Part shown: positions 9,362-17,459 of the stretch, piece after piece
How positions within the stretch are numbered: position 1 is the stretch's first letter
Layout: every line of letters starts with the position of its first letter
NCBI GenBank assembly: GCA_030044775.1
Contig: JASICF010000348.1
Span: 1-43,402 of the forward strand
Direction: 5' to 3'
Source: Candidatus Sulfotelmatobacter sp.
GTDB lineage: Bacteria > Acidobacteriota > Terriglobia > Terriglobales > Acidobacteriaceae
DNA length: 43,402 bases
The notes under the pieces: generated by a model
The model's database searches: none
Seen by the model: only the letters and a program-made list of their open reading frames with translations
What the model was told of the DNA's origin: nothing
Program-made: the position numbers and the translations under genes

Positions 9362-10103
9362 GTTGAAGGTTCGGGTGTTTGCCGATGGAGCCGACAGGGC
9401 TACCATGCTCGCCCTTCATCGCGAGCCTTACATCAAGGGCTTCACCACCAATCCAACTCTGATGCGGAAAGCCGGGGTCACGGATTACGAGCGCTTCGCC
9501 CGCGAAATTCTCCGGCACATTCCCGACCGGCCCATCTGCCTGGAAGTTCTCGCCGACGATGAGGACGAAATGGAGCGTCAGGCTCACCACATCGCCAGTT
9601 GGGGCCCGAACGTTTACGTAAAGATTCCCGTCACTAACACTCGGCGCGACCCCATGTATAACCTGATCCGGCGCCTCAGCAACGAAGGCATCCGTGTGAA
9701 TGCTACAGCGGTACTTGCGCTCGACCAGGTGCAGCGCAGCGCACAAGCTCTCAAGGAAGGCGCTCCGTCTTATATTTCTATCTTTGCCGGAAGGGTCGCC
9801 GATACAGGACGCGATCCGGTCCCTCTCATGAAATCCGCGCTGGAAGTGATGGCGGCGAACGCTAATTCTCAGTTGGTCTGGGCAAGTCCGCGGGAACTAC
9901 TGAATATTTTTCAGGCCGACGCCATCGGCTGCCACATCGTCACCGTAACTTCCGACATTCTTAAGAAAATTGCGCTCGTCGGCAAGGACCTGCACGAACT
10001 CTCTCTGGAAACAGTGCAGATGTTCTACGATGACGCCGCACGCTCCGGATACAAGTTGGAACTCGCTCGCGAGGAGCAGCCGGTCGGATCGGTTCGAGAC
10101 TGA
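9345..10103 (+). CDS. tal: transaldolase-family protein (short Fsa/TalC-like class)
   Basis: 252 aa with FADGAD, GFTTNPTLM and VYVKIPVT (Schiff-base Lys context). Has its own AAAGGAG SD inside the 3' end of the upstream gene (17-nt overlap). Confidence 0.8.
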   Translation: MKSVSELKVRVFADGADRATMLALHREPYIKGFTTNPTLMRKAGVTDYERFAREILRHIPDRPICLEVLADDEDEMERQAHHIASWGPNVYVKIPVTNTRRDPMYNLIRRLSNEGIRVNATAVLALDQVQRSAQALKEGAPSYISIFAGRVADTGRDPVPLMKSALEVMAANANSQLVWASPRELLNIFQADAIGCHIVTVTSDILKKIALVGKDLHELSLETVQMFYDDAARSGYKLELAREEQPVGSVRD

Positions 10104-10167
10104 AACCTTAGACTCAAACCGCGCTCATAACAGATGTGACAATCGCGAGTCCGCATCGCTTTCAGAA

Positions 10168-10300
10168 GTCACGCCATGTGGGCGCCTATCTGACATCCAG
10201 CCCAAGCAGCGCAATTCGGGAGAGCGGACACTGCAACTCAGTATCACCAAGGCAGGCAACTCCAGCTTGCGATCATTGCTAATCCGATTGTGCTCATTAC
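10168..10300 (+). pseudogene. relic of an IS110-family transposase C-terminus
   Basis: The frame reads ...QPKQRNSGERTLQLSITKAGNSSLRSLLI. This resembles the conserved IS110-family C-terminal block (P-R/K-Q-x-SG-x5-6-I-S/T-K-x-G-N/D-x-x-LR-x-LL). No N-terminal DEDD domain, no start codon, and it lies in an otherwise non-coding gap. Confidence 0.5.
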
Positions 10301-10405
10301 CTCCTTCGACAGCCCGGGCCCGTTAGATATGTGAACCCGGAACAAACAATCGTCGACCTGCGTATCCTCATGCGTTAATCCAATCCGGCAGGAGGACTCC
10401 TGACA

Positions 10406-12109
10406 ATGAAAGCCCTCTGGAGTATTGTCGCGGTCGCGGCCACCTTGACACTTGCAATTTCCGGACGTAGTGATTCAACCAATAAATCGGCGCCGAGCGG
10501 AACCATAACGGCTTTCCGTGACATTTCCGTGATTCCGATGGATAGCGATCGGGTTCTCACACACCAGACCGTTCTGGTTCGTGATGGAAAAATCGTTGAG
10601 GTCGGCCCCGCAAACTCCCTACGTCTGCCAGCCGAGTCGATCGTCATATCCGGGCAGAACAAGTTCTTGATTCCGGGCCTCGCCGATATGCATACCCACG
10701 TCGATAGGAAGGAAATGCTGCCTCTATTCTTAGCCGCCGGGGTGACGACCGTGCTGAACATGGGGCTAGCATCACCAGAATTTGTCACGGCAATACGCCA
10801 CGAGGTCTCTGAGGGCACGGTAGTGGGACCGCGAATCTTCGCAGCCTTCATGATTGACGGACCTGGCGACCCTGGCCCGGAATACGTTGCATTGTGCGAG
10901 CGAGATGCACGCGCAGCTGTGGATCGGGCAAAGCTTGTGGGTTATGAGTTCATCAAGGTTTACTCACGGCTGCAACCAGACATCTACGCGGCAATACTCG
11001 ACGAAGCGAAAAAACAAAACATCGCCGTCGTTGGCCACATCGCCGATTCCGTAGGGTTAGAGAGAAGTCTGGCGCAAGGGCAGGTGATGATCGCGCACGC
11101 GGAGGAATATTACAAAACCTACTTCCAGAATCAGCCTGACGATAGCCGGATCCCGGAGGCGGTCCGGCTTACGCAGAATGCCGGCGCTTACGTGACTCCA
11201 AACCTGTCGTTTTTTTCCATGCTGACGAGGATCACATCAGATCCCAAGGCCATGGACAGTCTGCTTTCCGACCCCCATGCGGATTTCATGCCGCCAGACA
11301 TCCGCAGATCGTGGTTGAGCGAGCGCCCTTCCAAGCCCTCCGATCAATTTGTGCCAGAATTTGCGACCCTCAAGAAACTCACGTCTGCCCTGTCACAGAC
11401 CGGTGTACCACTTCTTGCTGGTACGGATAGTCCCGGCGGGGGCATGGTCCCTGGCGCTTCGCTCCACTACGATCTCGAGCAATTGGTGGCGGCGGGGCTG
11501 ACGCCTTTCCAGGCTCTCTCGGCGGCTACTCGCACGCCAGGTGAGTTCATTCATCGCTTTGTTCCCGGAGCCGAAGAATTCGGAACGATTGCTCCTGGCC
11601 AATCTGCGGACCTGGTCATGCTCGATGCCAACCCTCTGCTCGATATCCGAAACGCACGGAACGTGATTGGAGTTATGGTTAGGGGACGTTGGTTCGAGCG
11701 CAACGAATTGGAGGCGCTCGTTCAACAACCGGTATCCGGCTACAAGCGCGTTATGGCCTTGGAAGCGGAGTTCGAAAATGTATTGGCCAAGCAGGGCGTG
11801 GAGCAGGCAGTTCGCGACCTCAAGATTCACTCCCGGGCCGCGGAGAAGCTTCCCGAAAGTTTCGTAAACGCCCTCGGGTACCAGATGCTCGGAGCCAAGA
11901 AGCTGGCAGATGCGGTCGCGTTGTTCACATTGAACACCGAGCAGTACCCGGATTCATGGAACGTTTATGACAGCCTCGGGGAAGCCTATGCCGACAATGC
12001 AAACTACGATCTAGCGGTGATGAACTACAGACACTCTCTTGCTCTTAATCCCAAGAATGCTGGAGCGGAAAAAATGCTAAAAGACCTTGCGTCGCTCCGC
12101 GTGAAGTAA
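10406..12109 (+). CDS. secreted amidohydrolase-family protein with C-terminal TPR-like repeats
   Basis: Signal peptide. PGLADMHTHV metal-binding motif. AGTDSP and C-terminal ...YDSLGEAYADNANYDLAVMNYRHSLALNPKN (TPR). AGGAGG SD. Confidence 0.8.
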   Translation: MKALWSIVAVAATLTLAISGRSDSTNKSAPSGTITAFRDISVIPMDSDRVLTHQTVLVRDGKIVEVGPANSLRLPAESIVISGQNKFLIPGLADMHTHVDRKEMLPLFLAAGVTTVLNMGLASPEFVTAIRHEVSEGTVVGPRIFAAFMIDGPGDPGPEYVALCERDARAAVDRAKLVGYEFIKVYSRLQPDIYAAILDEAKKQNIAVVGHIADSVGLERSLAQGQVMIAHAEEYYKTYFQNQPDDSRIPEAVRLTQNAGAYVTPNLSFFSMLTRITSDPKAMDSLLSDPHADFMPPDIRRSWLSERPSKPSDQFVPEFATLKKLTSALSQTGVPLLAGTDSPGGGMVPGASLHYDLEQLVAAGLTPFQALSAATRTPGEFIHRFVPGAEEFGTIAPGQSADLVMLDANPLLDIRNARNVIGVMVRGRWFERNELEALVQQPVSGYKRVMALEAEFENVLAKQGVEQAVRDLKIHSRAAEKLPESFVNALGYQMLGAKKLADAVALFTLNTEQYPDSWNVYDSLGEAYADNANYDLAVMNYRHSLALNPKNAGAEKMLKDLASLRVK

Positions 12110-12228
12110 TTGTCCGTGTGTATGCGCTAGAGTTCTTGCACATTGGGTTGACACTCTGGGCCTACTCATAAGAGCCGGGACGGCCAGAAGTCGGCCTCGC
12201 GAAAGAAGTCTTGCAATCCTGAGTCGGC

Positions 12229-12903
12229 CTAGGGCATCACTCCAGCGGGGGCTTGTGGCGATGGTCCGGCTGCGGTCGCAGCGGCAGCTTCGTTCAAAAT
12301 TCTGTGGTGAATTGTGAACAGAGCCAACTCGAGCCGGTCTGACACGCCAATCTTGTCGTAAACGTTGCGCAGGTAATTCTTGATCACCTGCTCGGTAGTG
12401 CCCAGCTGCGTGGCGATCTCCTTATTTTTATAGCCCTGCACGATGAGTGCGACGATGCGCAACTCTTTTGCGGTTAGCCGGTCGCGCACCCGCAACCCGA
12501 CCATATCGTTCTCGGTGAGCTCGCTTGGCACGGCGACGTCCTGCACCCAGGTTTCGCCGCGGGCCACTTTGCGCACGCAGTCCACGAGTGCGGCGCTCGT
12601 GACGTTTCGGTAAACAACACCGTGAGCGCCGTTGCCCATGTGCCGTTGCGCGCTCTCGCCGGTATCGGCCAGGATGACTACACGGGTCTTGGCACGGTTG
12701 GCAGCCTGCGTGATCGCCGCAAAGTCATTGTGAAAGCCCGCCGCCACCACCAGAACCGCTGCGCGAAATTTATCCAGAGCCATGAACATCTGCTCCGGAG
12801 TCTGAGCCTGCGCCACAATGCGCATCTCGTCTTCCACCGCCAGAACTTTGGCGATGCCCGCCCGGAAGATTGCCTGATTATCGGCCAGAATCAGTTTGAG
12901 CAT
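12229..12903 (-). CDS. LuxR/NarL-family transcription regulator with a degenerate (pseudo-)receiver domain
   Basis: C-terminal HTH LTAKELRIVALIVQGYKNKEIATQLGTTEQVIKNYLRNVYDKIGV. The N-terminal receiver-like fold has ADNQ and VLVVAAGF where DD and the phospho-acceptor D are expected. ATG at 12903 follows GGAGAG. Confidence 0.85.
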   Translation of the reverse strand: MLKLILADNQAIFRAGIAKVLAVEDEMRIVAQAQTPEQMFMALDKFRAAVLVVAAGFHNDFAAITQAANRAKTRVVILADTGESAQRHMGNGAHGVVYRNVTSAALVDCVRKVARGETWVQDVAVPSELTENDMVGLRVRDRLTAKELRIVALIVQGYKNKEIATQLGTTEQVIKNYLRNVYDKIGVSDRLELALFTIHHRILNEAAAATAAGPSPQAPAGVMP

Positions 12904-13035
12904 GTTATCCGCTCTCCAAGAATCATTTCCATCCGCTCTGCGGGCGGATCTTCCAATTTCGATGTTGATTTGTGATTGCTGATTGAGACTCGCCCGCTCA
13001 ATCGCCAATCGCTCAAACAACAATCATCCCTGCCA

Positions 13036-13413
13036 CTAAGTATTTCTGACAAACTCGTACGAATCGATGACGCAAGCCACACCCTTGCCATCCGGCGTGT
13101 TGCCGCTCGGGTCGGTCCGCACCACCCGCCCCTTGCACTGGATGACAACATTCTCCGGGCCACCAGTGACGTCGGGCGGCAGGGTGATTTCGAACTCCAC
13201 GGGGGAACCAATCTCCAGCGACGCATCGGCGCGAATATAAACTCCCGCCGCGCTCAAGTTGCCTGTTGTCCCTTTGGCGTCGCCGCTTTCGGTTTCGTTA
13301 TGAATTTTGATCGGCAGATGAAGGGGAAATCTTTTTCCGGTCCGTGCTTCGGACACAGTGCCTCCTCTTTCGTGGTTCGACCGTTCGCTCTGGGCAAACG
13401 AGGTAAGTGTCAT
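13036..13413 (-). CDS. PilZ domain protein (c-di-GMP receptor type)
   Basis: 125 aa. RxxxR (RTGKR) followed about 30 aa later by N-x-S-x-x-G (NLSAAG). Confidence 0.7.
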   Translation of the reverse strand: MTLTSFAQSERSNHERGGTVSEARTGKRFPLHLPIKIHNETESGDAKGTTGNLSAAGVYIRADASLEIGSPVEFEITLPPDVTGGPENVVIQCKGRVVRTDPSGNTPDGKGVACVIDSYEFVRNT

Positions 13414-13618
13414 CGAAATGCGCTCCTGACGTGCGGATCGACCACAATTGATGCTCAGGGCAGGTTATATCATGGATTATACCCCGATAAAAGCCTGATG
13501 ACGAGTTAGTTAATAGAAACGAGATTGCCCCTTGATTCTCACCATGCTTTCCCGGTGGCCACGCATCCCGTGCTATTTTCTGATGTGAAACCGTTCTTCC
13601 CACAGGAGATGCACACCC

Positions 13619-15124
13619 ATGTTTTCCCGCCCTCATTCCCGCACATGGCCGACGGGGTCAAGGCTGCTGCTCGTCTTTGCGCTTTTTCTGCCGTTGCTCT
13701 CGAATGCATTGTTGGCATCGCAGCAGTCTTCAAACCAAGGGCAAGATAAAGCGGTTCAGCCGGCGCAATCCCCAGAGCCGAATATGCCTCAGAATTCATC
13801 AAGGCAGGCCCTGGCCCAGTTCAACGACGCCCTTGAATCTCTGGCCACTAAAGTCTCACCTGCGGTGGTGCAGATTCTGGTGACCGGTTATGCCCCGGTG
13901 CGCGATACAGACCGCTCCCAGACCGCTCTGATCGTCCGCCAACATGCGGTCGGTTCAGGTGTAGTCCTTGACTCCAACGGCTATATCATGACGAATGCTC
14001 ATGTGGTGGAAGGCGCGCAGCGCATCCGCGTCGCCCTGCCGATTCCGGGTGACACCGGGGGCGATGTCCCCGTGGGTAAACGACACATCCTCGAAGCGCG
14101 CCTGCTTGGAGTCCACAAAGAGACCGACCTTGCGCTGCTCAAGATTGATGCAGCCGATCTGCCCACTCTTCCTTTGCTCGTCCGGGACAGGCCTCGCGTC
14201 GGACAATTGGTGTTTGCGATCGGCAGTCCCGAGGGCCTCCAAAACTCCGTGACCATGGGGGTGGTGAGCGCAGTTGCGCGCCAACCCGATCCAAATAAGG
14301 CCATGACCTACATCCAGACTGACGCGCCGATTAATCCCGGCAACAGCGGCGGCCCGCTGGTCGACATGGACGGCGCAGTGGTTGGAATCAACACCTTTAT
14401 ACTTTCCGAGGGAGGCGGAAGCGAAGGGCTGGGATTTGCCATCCCGGCGCGGATTATCGATTTCGTTTATCGCAGCCTGCGCAAATACGGCCACGTGCAT
14501 CGCGTGGTAATTGGAGCCGACGCGCAGGAGATCACGCCCGATATGGCGGATGGCCTGCATCTCGCCCAGCGCTGGGGAGTGATTATTGCCGATGTGAAGC
14601 CCGACGGTCCCGCCGCCGCGGCCGGCCTGCGCATCCAAGATATCGTTCTCCGCGCGGACGATCGCCGCATCGAAACCTTGCCGGGGCTTTCCGCCGCACT
14701 TTACCTGCACCGAGTCGACGAACTACTCAAGCTGGAAATTCTTCGCGGTAACGAGAGAAAGACGATCTATATCCCCGCGATCGAAGAACACGATCCCATG
14801 GATAAACTCCTGGATACTGCCGACCCTGAAAAAAGCCTTATCCCACGGCTCGGGATTCTCGGAATCGACTTCGACAGCAGCCTGCGCAGTGAAATCTCGC
14901 TGCGCATTCCGTCCGGAGTTGTGGTGATCGGCCGCGCTGCTGACCTGATCACGCCTGAGACTGGGCTCGAAACCGGCGACGTGATTCATTCTCTCAATAC
15001 CACACCGATCGGCTCGATGGATGATTTGCGCGCAGCCGTCAACGAACTAAAGGCTGGCGCTCCGGTGGTTTTGCAGGTCGAACGCTCCGATGGCTTTACC
15101 TATTTAACGTTTGAGATGGAGTGA
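13619..15124 (+). CDS. htrA: HtrA/DegP-family periplasmic serine protease with PDZ domains
   Basis: Signal peptide. Triad contexts TNAHVV, DLALLKI, GNSGGPLV. Two PDZ-like C-terminal segments. Confidence 0.9.
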   Translation: MFSRPHSRTWPTGSRLLLVFALFLPLLSNALLASQQSSNQGQDKAVQPAQSPEPNMPQNSSRQALAQFNDALESLATKVSPAVVQILVTGYAPVRDTDRSQTALIVRQHAVGSGVVLDSNGYIMTNAHVVEGAQRIRVALPIPGDTGGDVPVGKRHILEARLLGVHKETDLALLKIDAADLPTLPLLVRDRPRVGQLVFAIGSPEGLQNSVTMGVVSAVARQPDPNKAMTYIQTDAPINPGNSGGPLVDMDGAVVGINTFILSEGGGSEGLGFAIPARIIDFVYRSLRKYGHVHRVVIGADAQEITPDMADGLHLAQRWGVIIADVKPDGPAAAAGLRIQDIVLRADDRRIETLPGLSAALYLHRVDELLKLEILRGNERKTIYIPAIEEHDPMDKLLDTADPEKSLIPRLGILGIDFDSSLRSEISLRIPSGVVVIGRAADLITPETGLETGDVIHSLNTTPIGSMDDLRAAVNELKAGAPVVLQVERSDGFTYLTFEME

Positions 15125-15140
15125 TTAGCGTCGGTTGCGA

Positions 15141-17111
15141 TTACTGACGACCGGCTTTTGCCGCTGCGGCCGTTGGGCGAGTGTTGCTGCCGGATTGTTT
15201 GTTGCGCTGCAACGAATTCTCGGCCGCCAGCGCCAAGCCCGAACACATGCACAATAGCAAACTCAAATCCTCCCTCGTGAATGCATCCTGACTGACGCGG
15301 TAAAGCGCCACCACGGCAATAACATTCGATTTTCCTTGAAGAGGTACGGCGAGCGCCGAGCGCAGCGTGCTGTACTTGGTGGCATCGTTGAGATATCCCG
15401 GCTCAACCGATGGATTGCCGTTCAAAATCGCCTTGCAGTTCTCCGCTACCCATCCTGACAAACCCTCACCGACCGGAATCCGCAAAGATGAAAACAGACG
15501 GAAATTGTCTCCGCTCACGAACGCAGGGGCCAGGGCTTTCTCCTGCACCGTATACACCGCCATTGAATCATGCGGAATAAGACGCTTTACGCGGACTGCC
15601 AGCAGGGAAATCAAATCTTCGAAGCTCAGCGCACCCTCAACCTTTTGTGCAAGCTGCAAAAGGGTTTCGATTTCTCGCTGCGCGATCGCAATCAATTCGC
15701 GGTCATTTTCCGCTCGTTCGCCGGGGTTAGAAACTTTCTCCGATTCGGCAAAACCCGCATCCGGAGCTAAACCGCGCTCGACCTTAATGTCAGTCGACAA
15801 CTTCGGGGGCGTTTGCAACGGTTGTTCGTGCGCGAGCTTCTCTAGCTCGATGTAGCGCACCTTGAGAATCTCAACCACTCTTGGGTCAAAGCTAAGTCCC
15901 GACTCTGAGACTACTTTCGCCATCGCTTCATCCAAGGGCAGCGCCTTTCGATATTGCCGGTCGGAGGCCAGCGCATCGAGGCAATCGACAGCGGAAAGAA
16001 TACGCGCGCCAATCGGAATCTCCTCGCCCTTCAAACCGTTCGGATACCCGCTGCCATCCCACTTTTCATGGTGCGCTCGCACAATCGGAACCACTGGATA
16101 AGGAAAATCGACCTGCTCGAGAATCTCGGCGCCCACGATAGGGTGAATTTTCATTTTCTCGAATTCTTCCGGCGTGAGTTTTCCGGGCTTCGCAATAATG
16201 TGCTCCGGCACGGCCAGCTTGCCGATGTCATGCAGCACCGACGCGGCTTGCAGCGCCTCGGTTTCGTCTTCGCTCAGGCCCAGCTCGCGCGCCAGTTCCA
16301 TCGCGTAAACCCGCACCCGCTGCAGGTGCTCGCCGGTCGTCTGATCTTTGGCTTCGATCGCCAACGCCAGTGCTTCGATGGTTCGCAGGTGAAGATGAGA
16401 AACTTTTTCCGCATGCTGCTTTTCGGCTTCAAGTTTGCCCAGATAAAGCCGCGAGGAGCGGTACATCACATAGATCGGCGCCAGAACCAGCAGAGCCGCC
16501 TGCCATCCGATCCGTCCGCCGATGAAGCTGACGAATCCAGCGATCGCGGCCCCAACCATGTAATAGGGAAATGTCCAGAGGTAAATCTCGGTCCACACCT
16601 TGCGGATGGGCTTCTCTTCCGTCAGGCCGATAATGATCGACATCGCGATGGTGTTGAAGACGAAGTGCGTAATTGCCGCCGCCAAAAGAGCCAGCGGCAG
16701 AGAGCCATGAAATACGTGATTCAGAACCAGCTTGTAAGCTCCGTAAGCCGCTGCGCAGCACACGGTCACTTGCGACAAATTGAAAATCAGCTGAATATGT
16801 TTCAACTGCCGTGTTGGCTTCCAATAAAACTGCGCCAGCGTCTTCAGCACGCCGATCATCAAAGTTTGGGCTAACCCCAGATCCAGGATGCAGAGGATGG
16901 TCAGCAGGAAGTTCATCGACATCGTGCCTTCGATGTCGGGCAGGCTTACCTTCAACACCGAAGCCAGCAGCGCCGCGATCAGGTAGCACGCGAACTTAGC
17001 CAGATTGGTCGGTTCCCAGAAAAGCATCGCCGGGATGAAGCAGGCGAGAGCCGCTATCACCATGAGGGCGATATAGACACGAGCACCCAATTGTCGCGCG
17101 GCGGCTGACAT
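15141..17111 (-). CDS. membrane-bound HD-GYP domain protein with C-terminal GAF domain
   Basis: About 215 aa of multi-pass hydrophobic N-terminus. HD-GYP signatures LHDIGK and HHEKWDGSGYP. C-terminal GAF-like segment (ALAVPLQGKSNVIAVVALY). Confidence 0.9.
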   Translation of the reverse strand: MSAAARQLGARVYIALMVIAALACFIPAMLFWEPTNLAKFACYLIAALLASVLKVSLPDIEGTMSMNFLLTILCILDLGLAQTLMIGVLKTLAQFYWKPTRQLKHIQLIFNLSQVTVCCAAAYGAYKLVLNHVFHGSLPLALLAAAITHFVFNTIAMSIIIGLTEEKPIRKVWTEIYLWTFPYYMVGAAIAGFVSFIGGRIGWQAALLVLAPIYVMYRSSRLYLGKLEAEKQHAEKVSHLHLRTIEALALAIEAKDQTTGEHLQRVRVYAMELARELGLSEDETEALQAASVLHDIGKLAVPEHIIAKPGKLTPEEFEKMKIHPIVGAEILEQVDFPYPVVPIVRAHHEKWDGSGYPNGLKGEEIPIGARILSAVDCLDALASDRQYRKALPLDEAMAKVVSESGLSFDPRVVEILKVRYIELEKLAHEQPLQTPPKLSTDIKVERGLAPDAGFAESEKVSNPGERAENDRELIAIAQREIETLLQLAQKVEGALSFEDLISLLAVRVKRLIPHDSMAVYTVQEKALAPAFVSGDNFRLFSSLRIPVGEGLSGWVAENCKAILNGNPSVEPGYLNDATKYSTLRSALAVPLQGKSNVIAVVALYRVSQDAFTREDLSLLLCMCSGLALAAENSLQRNKQSGSNTRPTAAAAKAGRQ

Positions 17112-17459
17112 GAGAGATTCCTAAGATTTTTGCCCAAGCCAAACTCAAAATCTGCGCAAAAGTGCGACCTGCCATTACCATCGTTTCTCTCTCCAAAATC
17201 AATAAGATACATCCGACTTTTGCAGGAAAATCGAAGGAATCGCAGGACCAAAAATGTGCCGACCCGGGAATTCTGCGAGTCAATTTGTCCCCCGGCCCCG
17301 CCGATGCGACAAAATGTCCCGGCTGATTTCCAGCCGCATCGTGCAACTGCTTAATTTCTCAACACTTACATTTCCCGATTTGGAACTTGATCTGCACCTT
17401 TAGCGTGAGGATACGAATCCGCAGTCAAGCGGATCGGTTTCCTTTGTGGGGACATTGAG

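Noticed and set aside
12229-12903. The LuxR regulator as a VpsT-type direct c-di-GMP binder
   Set aside because: The W[F/L/M][T/S]R motif is absent; the only similar string is TWVQD. Any link to c-di-GMP rests only on the neighbouring PilZ and HD-GYP genes.
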